DNA of 63,507 nucleotides, filler included, from Lenisia limosa (taxonomy: Eukaryota > Protista > Breviatea): NCBI GenBank assembly GCA_001655205.1. It is 10 parts of 10 records of this genome, joined end to end, with 100 filler letters (N's around TTAATTAATTAA, not from the genome) between each part and the next. Parts side by side here need not be neighbours in the genome. Positions count along the whole stretch, not along the records: positions 1 to 3,852 come from LPNZ01009488.1; positions 3,953 to 9,190 come from LPNZ01001418.1; positions 9,291 to 14,255 come from LPNZ01006818.1; 7 more parts are not named here. One strand, written 5' to 3'. The notes beneath the pieces were generated by a model that worked only from the letters and a program-made list of their open reading frames with translations, ran no database searches and had not been told where the DNA came from. The translations under genes were made by a program, and so were the position numbers. This document shows, one piece after another, positions 1-11,759 of this stretch (the stretch's first letter is position 1; the number at the start of each line of letters is the position of its first letter).

Positions 1-610
1 AACCTTGCCCTTATGGTCCACAAGCCTAGAGTGTCACGCCAACAAGGTTACATATTAGAGCTTCAATTAAAAAATACACCGAATTACGGAGAAGTCCTCG
101 GTTAATATCGATATTTTATCGGTTTTTGGGAAGTTGGTACCCATAAAAAAGTATACAAACAGACCCCTCTCCCACACCCCGAAAAAGTAAATATCGGTTC
201 TTGATTAGTACCTTTACACTAATTCATCGAAATTTCCTTCTGTTACCACTACCCCCCCCCCNNNNNNNNNNNNNNNNNNNNNNNNNNNNNNNNNNNNNNN
301 NNNNNNNNNNNNNNNNNNNNNNNNNNNNNNNNNNNNNNNNNNNNNNNNNNNNNNNNNNNNNNNNNNNNNNNNNNNNNNNNNNNNNNNNNNNNNNNNNNNN
401 NNNNNNNNTTCATCACGAATTTCAGACAGAGCACCTAGATGAATAAATAATATCCACTTCATTAAGGTTTTTACATCGGTTCAAAAAAAGACTGAATTTC
501 TCGATCAATCCACGAAAACTATTGATATTTTATCAGTAGTTTTCGAACCGAAGTGAAGCCCTACTAATCATGTTGAATATGAACAATAGTAGGCAGCTTC
601 GGCTAGTTAC
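1..610 (-). CDS. Secreted thioredoxin/PDI-like protein, N-terminal exons only (partial)
   Basis: Phase-consistent GT-AG splicing gives a signal-peptide-like RSCLLLFIFNMISALSEIRDE, then (across a gap) VVTEGNFDELV|LVDHKGKV. This resembles the start of a thioredoxin fold. The CxxC would lie beyond the window start and is not seen. Confidence 0.4.
463..563. mobile_element. hAT-type MITE family A copy, forming the 5' end of the PDI-like intron 435-564
   Basis: Imperfect TIRs TAAGGTTTTTACATCGGTTC / GAACCGAAGTGAAGCCCTA; internal core AAAAAAGACTGAATTTCTCG shared with other copies; decayed 8-bp flanks (CACTTCAT / CTAATCAT). Confidence 0.75.
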
Positions 611-1215
611 CTTATAATTATAAACAAAGCCACTTATTTTTTGTCTTCAGACATACAAAAATCACACATATGCACACTCACTTGCAAACTCATATTATAT
701 ATACAATATCTAAATATATATATCTCTATATATAGTACATATATTGATATAATCCGCATATTCTAGACTGTAGAAAAGCAAACCTGTCGTGTAGAGTGTA
801 GAGAGCTCTTGACAATGAAGAGTTATAGACAGGCTGTGTGCTTGACCCTTGGAAGTCGCAGCTATCCAATCTTGTTTATTTTTATACCCCAAGAGTCTAC
901 AACTTCAATATTGTTTAATTTCAAAGAGGCTGCTTAAACTTTTAGACTTCAGTTCTTTTACATGAGTATAAACACAATATTTGTTTTAGCAAATGAAGAA
1001 AAAGAAAAAAAAAAAAAATGAAGTAAAGCAGTCTTAGATCACCTGATCAGAACCCCCCCCCCCNNNNNNNNNNNNNNNNNNNNNNNNNNNNNNNNNNNNN
1101 NNNNNNNNNNNNNNNNNNNNNNNNNNNNNNNNNNNNNNNNNNNNNNNNNNNNNNNNNNNNNNNNNNNNNNNNCATATTATAACCATAATTAGGGGGAGAA
1201 GAGTTCTCCAGCACA

Positions 1216-3826
1216 ATGCCGCGAAGCCCTCGGAGATATAGGTCTCGATCAAGGTCAAGGTCGCCACGGCCTTCCTCTGACCGTTATGGACGGGACACAC
1301 GTCGAAGGCAGTATTCACGCTCTGTGTCGCCTCGTCGATCAAGGAGTAGGTCGCCACGTCGTTCGTCTTCTTCGTCGAAGAGAAACGGCGAGACAAGGGA
1401 GGAGAAGGAGTTGAGGAAGAGACGGGAGAAGGAGGAGAAGAGGTTAGTGTCTTCATTTGTTCTTTTTGGTACTAATTATGACGTGTAGGAGGTTAAAGAG
1501 CGAGAAGAAGAAAGGAAAGGTGAGCGGCATCTGCTAACACATTCGTTTTATGCCTCTTCTATCGCCTACTTGTGCTAATAGGCCTAGGAATCGAGAGAGA
1601 AGCTCATGAAGGATGTTGGGTACAACGATGATGAAAATCCGTTTGGCGATCATAACCTGAGCAAGGTGAGACTGTCTCTGATTCCCTTCACGATATCCTA
1701 TTCTGAGCGTTTCTAATTACATATGCCATGATAAAAGCAGTCTCAGTGGTTGCTGTTTTCTTTTGCATTCACATTCTCGACTGATCATCTTTGCAGAAGT
1801 TTGTCTGGAAGGCTAAAAAGGATGAACAAGGCACGGCACAACCGTCAAGAACCGATACCTTGGTAAGGTGCATAGAGATTGTATTAATTAAAGTCCATGC
1901 GTGAAATGGCGATTTGACTGATTTTTGAGTCGATTAACTGTTTGATACGTTGTGCTATCCGGGTTTCAATCTCTCTTTAGCTTCCTAATGTACCCCCGCT
2001 CCCCATCCCATACGCTTAATTTGCATAGAAAGAGGTCCAAAGGCTGCGACAAAGAAGGGATGAGAGAATCCAAGAGGAGAAAATGAAGGTTTGTCCCATC
2101 TGTATTTTAGTTACATCATTGTAACTGAAGTTTGATGATGTTGAATAAGGTACTAAAATCAATATACTGCGATTTCTCAATAAGAAAAAAGAACGCATGC
2201 TTTCTTTTTCATCCTTTAAGGAGGAGAGTCGCGAGAAGATGCAAAGAGAAAAGGCCCAGAGTGACGTCACCATGTCCAAGGACCAAGAGGACTCGGTGAT
2301 AGGATTGAGTTTGGCTGTTTTTCCATTATTCATTTCAGTTCTACCTTGATATTTACAGCACACTGGTCGTGATAAGTCTTGTGCAAAACATTTATTTACC
2401 CTTTAGTTCCTCCTGGAGCAACTACGCGGTCGCTCTGTGAAGAGATACGAAATGACCAGGGTCCGACCGGTGGATAGAGTGGGGGGGGGGGGGNNNNNNN
2501 NNNNNNNNNNNNNNNNNNNNNNNNNNNNNNNNNNNNNNNNNNNNNNNNNNNNNNNNNNNNNNNNNNNNNNNNNNNNNNNNNNNNNNNNNNNNNNNNNNNN
2601 NNNNNNNNNNNNNNNNNNNNNNNNNNNNNNNNNNNNNNNNNNNNNNTACCCTCTCCCCCTCTTATTTCCTTCAGTTGGTGCGCAATTGTGTCGAAAAGAC
2701 GCTGGCCCCTATTGAGCTCTCAGCGCCACATTGGATCATCAAAAGTTGGTTCCTTACCCCCGCTTTTCCTTCTCCTCCTCCCACACCCCCCTCTATTTTT
2801 AACGGGATAACATGGACTTAAATGCATCAAATGAACAGAGGGAGAATACGATTCACTAGTTGAGAGGTCTCTACTTTTCTAAAATATAATGTGTAGACCT
2901 TCGCTCTGGGCTGAGAATAGGTTAACTCAATATGTCTCTGAGAATTATCCATATTCATCTCATTATCAATCTTCAACTGGTCTTGTTTCCACAGGGAAGC
3001 CCTGATAATTAGAGATTCTGCAGTAAAGTCTCTATTGAAGTTTGTATAATAATGATGCGGTGGTTGAACTGGTCACACAATTACATGCTGAAAAAGCCCT
3101 AAGAATTATATATTTACATTATAGATGCTGAGACCGACGAGCTCAATGCGATGTTTGACGATGTGGAGTTCTGTCTTGACAATGACAAAACAAACTTCGA
3201 AGTGAGCGCCTTCTTCTTATTGATGTTTCTATTGGTTGTTCGAGTTTTTTTTTTTGTTATTGTTGTTTCATCAACATCATCGTCTCCTTCTTCTTGCTTC
3301 TTTCGTTCTTTTTCTTCTTTAGTTACTTAAACATGTTGCTTTATTCTATCTCCCCTTCCGCATACTTTGTTACCCAGCTTCATCATTTGCTCACATTGTA
3401 GTATTGGGACCTGGTTCATCTCATCTTGTGTGACGAAACCAAAAAGCGTGAATTGACTGGAGGTTTGAGGGCTCATCAATACATGAGTCATTATGTTAGT
3501 GTCTGTAGTTAAATAAGAAACTGTTTTAAAAGAAATCTGTTTTATATACTATAGCTATTTACTTTCCTCGTACTGTGCCCTTTCTTGAGTCAAAAATTAC
3601 TCTTCCTGTCACAAAATTTCACATTAAATAGCAGATTTCAGTTCAGCCATTAACTCCTTCTAACCATTGGTTCAATTATATAACTATTTTAAACCATCTC
3701 TTCAAATTTTAAGACATTTCAATCATTATCAACTATGCAGCTATTAGGCAGCTATGAACTCTTTTTATCCTGTAGTCCACCGATCAGACCATATCATTGC
3801 CAAGGGTGAAGTTATGTCAGTGTTCG
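1216..3826 (+). CDS. CACTIN: Cactin (spliceosome-associated protein), 3' truncated at scaffold end
   Basis: RS-rich N-terminus (MPRSPRRYRSRSRSRSP). Spliced motif GYNDDENPFGDHNLSKKFVWK matches the cactin GYTNxDNPFGDxNL..FxW signature. It is followed by a coiled coil and FLLEQLRGRS..RVRPVD. Confidence 0.85.
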
Positions 3827-3852
3827 AGTAGGAGGGAGGGGGAAGGAGGGTT

Positions 3853-3952
3853 NNNNNNNNNNNNNNNNNNNNNNNNNNNNNNNNNNNNNNNNNNNNTTAA
3901 TTAATTAANNNNNNNNNNNNNNNNNNNNNNNNNNNNNNNNNNNNNNNNNNNN
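3853..3952. other. Artificial scaffold linker. Identical linkers at 9191-9290, 14256-14355, 31596-31695, 37411-37510, 42591-42690, 46834-46933, 49760-49859, 62119-62218
   Basis: Each is exactly 44 N + TTAATTAATTAA (stop codons in all six frames) + 44 N. Confidence 0.97.
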
Positions 3953-4835
3953 ACCCCCCCCCCCCAACCAGAATACATAGTTTCTATCAAAAAATTTGAG
4001 CTTCCATACAGTTAATTTTCGATAAATCCGATAAAATTCGGCGAACAGCTTCACTTTCAAACTAGTAATTGTGTCCCAAATTCATAAACTGTTGCTCACT
4101 CGACATAAATAACACCCACATCATTTTAATATTGGAGATTAGTACTCTTGAGTCATTTTATCACTTTCCAGGGTAATATTAGAAATAAGAGACTCTGGGA
4201 ACCAAAACGTGCATAACCAAGGAAACACATTCTGTTTCTTAAGACACATGAGGAGGACTTTGTCATTATCGAGTTTCAGGTCGTAGGTGCCCATAGCAGC
4301 GCGGAGTAACGCCTCCATCAAGCCGCCAATAACAGATCCGTCGTCTTTGGAGCATCCTAAAAAGTTAGTGCCAGTGTGTTGAAAAGCTAAACATTAAAAT
4401 TGGGATGTTCTTCAATTAAATATTTTGTCTTAGCAAACCTGATCCTCGGATCCCACTGAAGCATCCAATACTGTCTGAAATATTTTAGTTAATAACACAA
4501 TCGCGAAAACAACTGAAAGCATCCAATATAGTCTGAAAATCAATATAATATAATATCAGCTATATTTATTTACTAAATTATATTTTATGATAGTATTTAT
4601 GATATTTATATAATAAGTAGGCACCCCACCTGAGTGTGAATCCCAACCTGAGTGTGAATTGTTTGAATAAAAATAGTTACACTAAACCTATCTTCACAAT
4701 TTGCTTCATTTTAAGTCTAAAACACTAAATTACGTGAATCAATTGTATCAAAAAAAAAAAATCGAAATAAATTCACGAACTGAACTGAACTCATTTAAGT
4801 TGGCTTCAGAGTTCCTTTTTGCAACAAGTATCAAG

Positions 4836-4915
4836 GGAGGGTTAGCCCAGTGGTTGCATTGTCTGCTTGCGAACAGGTCAACGAAGGTTCGATCCCGACT
4901 TGCGAGCTTTTTTTT
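4836..4915 (+). ncRNA. tRNA-derived (Arg-like) Pol III cassette or tRNA pseudogene inside the pogo element
   Basis: A-box TAGCCCAGTGG (4843-4853), B-box GGTTCGATCCC (4886-4896), oligo-T terminator from 4908. Acceptor, D and T stems do not pair properly. Confidence 0.6.
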
Positions 4916-5013
4916 CTCAAAAAAATAGTTTGCTGGTTGTCTTTACCATAGGTTGCTATTAATAAAGAAGGTCTCCCCGAGTGGGTAATTCGGTTAAATA
5001 TGAGGATTTATCA

Positions 5014-6686
5014 ATGAGTGAAGTAGTAGACTATCTTTACTTTAATATTACTGACGACGAAATAACAGTCACATCCTTGATGAAATGTTTTGATGTTGGG
5101 AAACAGGACATCTTGGATGCAATTGCGAATAATGTACTCAATAATGTGCCATGATGGACTGGCCCTCAGCGTGACGGACCAAAAATTCAGAATTCTCCCG
5201 ATTAAGCTATCCAAATAAAGTTTTTTTTTACTTCTGATCCATATTAAAACGGTTAGTGAATTTAGAGGTTTTGCAGGTGAAATCAAAAGGATCTTGCAAC
5301 AATGATTGGAATGTCAATTGGTGCAGTAAATAAATATTTGAAGCAGGAAATGGGCATTTCACCTAAAAAAAAAAAAAGTGGTAGTCAAAGATATTTAAAT
5401 GATGGTGATGAGCTCACACTTTCATCGGAACCAAATCGGATACTATAAAAAAGGTTTTATGAAACGCCACTCTAATTGGGACATTTACTTTGGTGTAAGA
5501 GGGATGAATTATGTGTTTTAGTCCCTCATAATTCTCACTGTTCTAAAGGCGCCCCGATATGTTGAAACATCATATATGTCGGATGATCTCTCTGCGAAAG
5601 TGCAGTATTTTGCTAGAGTAATTGATGTAATGACAAAATACAAAGTTCATCCATTGTTGTAGATCAACGCAGATGAAACGTTTAATGATGCGTCGGACGA
5701 CAAGGCGGTCAAGGTATTCAGGATGAAAGAAACTTCTGATGGATTCACCAAGTCTGCTGGAAAAGTTGAGCGACTCTCATGGGAGGAGGAATGTGAGTAT
5801 ATAAGTACATTTAATACACTATACGACGGATGGGTCGAGAATGAAACCACTTATTATTCTGGGAAAACAGAACACTTCTGCTGAATAATTACAAGCAGTC
5901 AAAGACTATGGAGCAGAATTGGTGTTTGGCCTAAAGGATGGATGGTAAGGATAACTATTTGCATTTGTAACAGTTTTTGTGAACTGATACTTTTTATGAT
6001 TGGATTGTAAAAATTCTTATTCCTCATGTGCATGAAGCGAGGCAGGGTCATGGACTTTCAATGGATGATTATGCACTCATCGCGGCTTAACCCTGCAGCT
6101 GGTTGAAAACAGCATCAGATGTGTCACAAAGGCATCCCACTCAACATGCATTACCCAAATGATGGATGTTGGCCCGTATTGTGTGTACAAAAAGAAGTTG
6201 CAAAAATATATGAGAGAAAATGACAAGAAAATGAATGAAAATGCACCTAATAAAGCTCTTGCTGTGAGAGTCTCTTTGATTAAGTCTTCATTGAAAGCTT
6301 ATATTTAGTGCACCCATCCGGACACGATTCGTTCTGGTTTTAGCTTGGCTGGAGTTATGGTGTGGTGAATGGGAAACTACTGATTCACCCGAATGCTGTT
6401 CTTAAACGGCTCTTTGGAATCAGTGGATGGAATCGCAAGTGTTCGACATTTGGCCGACCTGAAATCTAAAGAGGTACTTGAGAGGCACAATGCAGATCCT
6501 CAAGAACTTCCTTGGTTTAGCAACTCTCTTCTATATTCTGAAGACCCAACTATAGAATTAGATACAGAGGTTACTAATGGAAGAACTAACATCGTTCCTG
6601 AAATCACTGAAGAAGCCTTCCGAGATATACTCAAGAAGAAGCAGGCTGACGCCGCAGCATTGAAACAAGCCAAAAGAGTTAAGTAA
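5014..6686 (+). pseudogene. pogo DDE_1 transposase pseudogene
   Basis: Remnants INADETF (first D) and HSTCITQMMDVGPYCVYKKKL (cf. PxHxTHxxQPxDVG), plus TIRSGFSLAGV. Several in-frame stops and frameshifts. Confidence 0.8.
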
Positions 6687-9434
6687 AGAGGAAATGATCA
6701 AATTGAGATTAGCAATGGAACACTTCGGGCGAATGCTGTGTTAAGCAACGGACGTGTTCACGGCACACGTGGAAGAGGCCGAGGCTGTGGCCGTGATCGT
6801 GCCAAATAATTTTTTCTATTTGATACTTCTTATTCCTTACAACTTTATGATCATCAATAAAGAGTCAAAGGGTGGGTAATTGTAATAATTGTCAAAAACA
6901 AATTTTCAAAAATTCACACGGTTGGGATTCACACTCAGGTTGGGATTCACACTCCGGTTGGGTGCCTTATATAACAACATATTACATGTATTTGGGATAT
7001 TATACTTACATCTCACTTTGATATGTTGATTCACCCACCACCAAATAAAATCAATACGAATTACATACCCTGCGACTGACAGCGTCCATGAATACTTCTC
7101 TCAAATATGGGGAAATAAACTCGTAGAGGCCATACTGCGAGAGACCGGACAACGCCTTGCCAGAAACCACCACACCTAACCTGATGACGAATACAAACAT
7201 CATAATTTCCAATAACAGTTAAACCACATTCTCAAAAGATTTGTCAGTCAAAAACCAAACACTTTGGCTTTGCTTTGATAGAAATCTTTCAGAGTGGAGG
7301 TCTTTGTAAGTATTGTGCTTTTTGACCACCAAACTTTCATTGGTAAACGTCATGATCGAATCGGAGGATATGTCAGAGATCAATGCAGGCGTGAGCATTG
7401 TTAAATTGGACAACGGTAAACTAGCTAGTTTCTCCTGAAACATAAAAGAAGAAATATCACAAAAAAAAAGGTTGTGTGAAGAATATCAAGAAATATAGCC
7501 CTTGTAGTATATGGTAAAGCCCTCAAACGGCTGCAGCCTTGAGGTTTCTGAGGGTGCAGTAGGTTGTATTGTCGGACTTGAGATGGAAGACATCCGAAGA
7601 CTCGGATATGAGAGCGTAGCGTGGAACGCATCCAACCTGGAAGTGACAAAAAGGGTATAACCTAAACAGCGACAATCTAAGAACTTAAAAAAAGGAGAGA
7701 AGCTCAATTGTTGGAAGGAAGGTAATACAATAATAAATTCAAAAATAAAATTGCCACTAAATCATACTTCTTCAATCCTTCGGGCGAGCTCAGTACATGA
7801 TTCTTTTTGCTTATCACTATTTGTTGTTTTGCTGTCTATAACAAATAATTAACTGAAACATGATTCCTGTTTTACACAGCAAGAAACAATAAATGTGTGG
7901 GCGAGGGCACAGTTTCAATTTGAGTACTAAAGTATTGACCATCATCAATATCAGCCACAGTGTTGATGAGGGCACCAGGCCAGAAAAATAATCAAGTTTT
8001 CATAAAAGTGCTGGTCCTAAACTTACAAGATTCTTCAACTATCTTCTTAAGTGTCTCAGAGGAAGGAAGAGGAAACAAGAGGAGGGCAGGGTTTTGTTTG
8101 ATGACTTCATGACTCAATCCAGTTGAAGTCACTAAAACCACTAAAGTGTTACACTTTTGATGTAAACCTACGTTTATCCCCATATTAGGAATCCGAAAGC
8201 TGTTCACCAATCACAATGGAACCAGGTACATAGTTATTGACAGGGCCGAAACAACAACCTCTCTGTGCTCGTCAAAAAGATTCAATCTCGTACTTATGAA
8301 GAACAAAAACTCAAACTCAAATAAAAAAGTAATGGAAAACGACTGTGAAATATTTATTAAAGAAGCAGTGAATATCTTTCCACTTTACATACGTCATAAG
8401 AGCAGATTGCAGGATTGGAAGATTCCTTAAGTTTAAATGGCGCAATCACAACATGCTCGTATTTTGACTTCAAATAACAGAAGAGATGAGGAAGAGAGGT
8501 GGACTTTCCTGCTCCTTTGCACCCCATAAAACGACAAGACGGTGTGACTCAAGAGCAATGCTTGTATTCTTAAGTTATGAGAAAAATTAACGAGTTACTA
8601 ATTTGACGGGTAGTTTAAAAACAGTGAGTTGTAACTGTGCCACGAAATGACTATATATTTGATTTAGTATCATATGCAATATCAAAAGATGAAATGATAT
8701 TGAACTTTTTCTAACCTCAAATAATTCTTCCCATTCTTCCGGCACATAGACAACGGGACTGGACGGGGATGAAAAGATCTCTAAAGCGTTCTATAGCATT
8801 AACCATAAAACTTCCCAATTGGAAGTCTGAAAATAAACAAAGATACTATATTATAATAGGTCAGTGAATAAAAAGGGGCCCAGTGCATTAAACGGGGGCC
8901 AGTTTTTTTAAAACGCTCATAAATGCACTTTTTCTGATCATTATTCAAATTTTCTCCAAAACTATTAATGTGTTTTTGTTATTCCATAATCGTTGTGCAT
9001 TATTTTTAGTGGATCATCCCGAAGCAGGAACTCCTTCACCACCTACATATATAATAGTGACCCTTCCTGACCCTTCCCACAAAAATAATTTGACAACCAA
9101 GGATTGATCAGTTCCAATTACCCTCAATATGGTAAGATGAATATACTCCCCATATCCCTTACCTCTCCAATTTCCTTAGCCCCCCCCCCCNNNNNNNNNN
9201 NNNNNNNNNNNNNNNNNNNNNNNNNNNNNNNNNNTTAATTAATTAANNNNNNNNNNNNNNNNNNNNNNNNNNNNNNNNNNNNNNNNNNNNATATATGATA
9301 TAACATTATATGATATATGATACGTACATGTATATGTGTGTGTGGGGTGAGCATCATCATCATAAGTATGAGATGAGAATGAGAAATTGGAAGCCTAATG
9401 TGTGTCATCAAGACCGTTAATTTCCCAGGAAGCT

Positions 9435-11678
9435 TACTTGGAAAACGATAAGACGACCACACTGGTAACCGGTGTACTTCTGAGCTACGTAAGCAGGGTA
9501 GCGATACCTGAGGAGGGTAAAAAGGGAAAATTTATGAAACAAAAAAGAGGTATCCATTATGTTAACATATGGGCAGGGCGCAGAGTAAAACTGAGAATCA
9601 TCAGGGAAATTTGACAGAAAAAACAACATTTTACAACTTTTAAAAATATCTTACAATTAGTATTACACTATTCTAGATATGCATATGATGAACCCCCTCC
9701 TACCTGTTTCCGAACCACTTTTGATGACGACGGACCGTGAAGTACTGAAACATCAGAAATGAAGGGGGAAATAAATAAGAAAATAGTGAAAAAGGAAAAA
9801 TGAAAATATTAAAACGTAAATGCTGTCAAAAAAAAAAACATATGATGAGTTTGAATGAAGGGTTAAAACAAAGGCAGAAGATACAATTTTGAAGAAAAGG
9901 AGTTTGGAGCAATATCAAAAAGAGAATTAGACTGAGCTAAATCGAACAACTAAAACATCAAAAAAAAAAAAATTAGAGGACTGGGATGATAAAAAAGTAG
10001 TATTGAGTTTGCATGAGGTGAAAAGAGATAATCTGTAAAGCAGACCACCCCCACCTTGCTTTTGAACGATCTAAAGATCTGCAGCCAAATGACCAGTGTC
10101 AGGAAGGCCGTGACGGCAAAGGCGTAGCGCACCGCGTCCCACATCGCATTCTCAATCTTCTCGATATAGACCTCGGCCTGGGGGGTTAATATCTTTGTAT
10201 ATTCTTACTGTATAATAAATGTTCTATCACATTTCTATCTGGTACTTCCCTACTGTCCCAAAAAAGACTGAATTTCTCGATAATTCATCGATAAATATCG
10301 ATATTTTCACGGTCTTTTCGGAATGTAGGGAAGCCCTATTTCTATGACATTCCAAACACATTCCAACCACATTTCTGTCGTAGTTCTGTCACATTTCTGT
10401 CACATTTCTATCAGTCATACAAAGCCCCCCCCCCCAACGTCCATTTTGACCTTCAGGGCAAGGTCCGATAATTCCTTGGAGGCGGGTTCGTTACCGGTTA
10501 ACATGGATGGCAACGCGCTAGCTACCTGAAATCTGGTCAAAATTGGGAGAAAACGATCACAAATGAAAGAGGGTGTCTCAAAGATGAATTACCCCTTCTT
10601 CCCACATACTCACTCTTAATATGATAAGGATCATACAGAAATGGTGATTGCTTGGCATCTATTGAAACCAGGATCAAACAGATATTGAAACTTATTATAA
10701 GACCATATTGGCATAAAGGTAATTCCTTTGAGGACACACAAACACCCAAATTAACTATCTTTTGGGTGAAACTTATTATAAGACCCCTTTCTTTTCTTTC
10801 CCACACAAACACAAATACCCCCCCCCCCACAGAGCCCATGAGAGACATGAAAAGGCTTGATTCACTATCAGTTTCCATTTGGGTGTTGACAACGTCCACT
10901 GCTGCAGTGGCTGCTACTCCTCCAGCGTCTGGGGGGTAAAAATGGAAATTTTATGAAATAAAAAAGCCCATATCAACGGTAAAAATGAAAATAATAAAAA
11001 AACTATCTAAAAGGGGGGATAGAGGGTGGTGAGTTAGATACTATATCTTATCATCGGTAAAACGAAATTTCGATGAAGAATATTGGCATAAAGGTAATTC
11101 CTTTGAGGAGATGTACACACAACAAACCCCCAAAAATAACTATCTTTTGGGTGGCGGAAATTACTATTTCTACTATGTAGTTTTTGGGGGTAAATGAGAC
11201 ACTCATGCGGGGGTAATATTTGGTGGAGGGGTGAGCATTCAAATTAAGGTATGATTAGTGATTAAATATTATTTACTGGGGGTGCATACCTACAGCCGCC
11301 TCATTTTCCATAATAACAACTTGTGCGTTCAACGATGTGCTGATAACCTGGGGGTGAGGGGGAGTGAAAATGGAACATTTATGAAAAAAAAAACAAAAGA
11401 CTAAATTCAACTCAAGTAAAATTGAAAAATTTACGAATTATAAATGCAAAACAATCTTGGCTAGAAACACACACTTATTATTTCCTCGGCCCCCCTCAAT
11501 CCCCAGTACTCAGAGAGATAGATTGAGAGAGAGACCCCCAATGTATTATAAAAGTTAACAACTCCTCCACACACGTAAAATATATGACCCTCCCGCACAC
11601 CTCGTATCTCAGTTCCTCCATCATAAGAGAGTACCACATCAGTCCGCAGTAAACGATCAGGCCCAAAACGAACGTCAA
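9435..11678 (-). CDS. STRA6/RBP-receptor-like multipass membrane protein (internal fragment)
   Basis: Seven phase-compatible exons: LTFVLGLIVYCGLMWYSL...MWDAVRYAFAVTAFLTLVIWLQIFRSFKSKYFTVRRHQKWFGNRYRYPAYVAQKYTGYQCGRLIVFQ. The TM, basic loop and YxGxQ pattern resemble STRA6-like proteins. Confidence 0.5.
10240..10338. mobile_element. hAT-type MITE family A copy with 8-bp TSD
   Basis: TGGTACTTCCCTAC...GTAGGGAAGCCCTA flanked by TTTCTATC and TTTCTATG (7/8 identical). Confidence 0.85.
10700..11160. repeat. Intronic repeat family D (ATATTGGCATAAAGGTAATTCCTTTGAGG / GAAATTTCGATGAAGAATATTGGC)
   Basis: About 70 bp shared by two consecutive introns (~10700-10790, ~11070-11160). The GAAATxTCxATGAAGAATATTGGC head recurs at ~33930 and ~41070. 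Confidence 0.75.
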
Positions 11679-11759
11679 CTGGGGAGGGGGGGGGGGGGNN
11701 NNNNNNNNNNNNNNNNNNNNNNNNNNNNNNNNNNNNNNNNNNNNNNNNNNATGAAAGTA

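Larger units (their letters stand above)
4620..6966 (+). mobile_element. pogo-like (Tc1/mariner superfamily) DNA transposon with IR/DR-type TIRs, decayed
   Basis: Left end TA|GGCACCCCACCTGAGTGTGAATCCCAACCTGAGTGTGAATT; right end AATTCACACGGTTGGGATTCACACTCAGGTTGGGATTCACACTCCGGTTGGGTGCC. An 18-bp unit is repeated inside the TIRs, and DDE_1 remnants lie between them. Confidence 0.9.
4190..9050 (-). pseudogene. P-loop NTPase gene, Crinkler/CR-effector-like, probably frameshifted; pogo inserted in intron 4357-7068
   Basis: Exons give VYVPEEWEELFE, IALESHRLVV (frameshift) MGCKGAGKSTSLPHLF (Walker A), GLYEFISPYLREVFMDAVSRR|CSKDDGSVIGGLMMEALLRAAMG. The family call is inference. Confidence 0.4.

Noticed and set aside
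4836-4915. Functional tRNA-Arg or tRNA-Ala gene
   Set aside because: The acceptor and T stems do not pair, the D-arm 3' strand is deleted, and the anticodon loop would be 8 nt.
6925-6966. GGTTGGG repeats as interstitial telomere
   Set aside because: They are part of the 18-bp unit in the pogo TIR and are mirrored at the left end.
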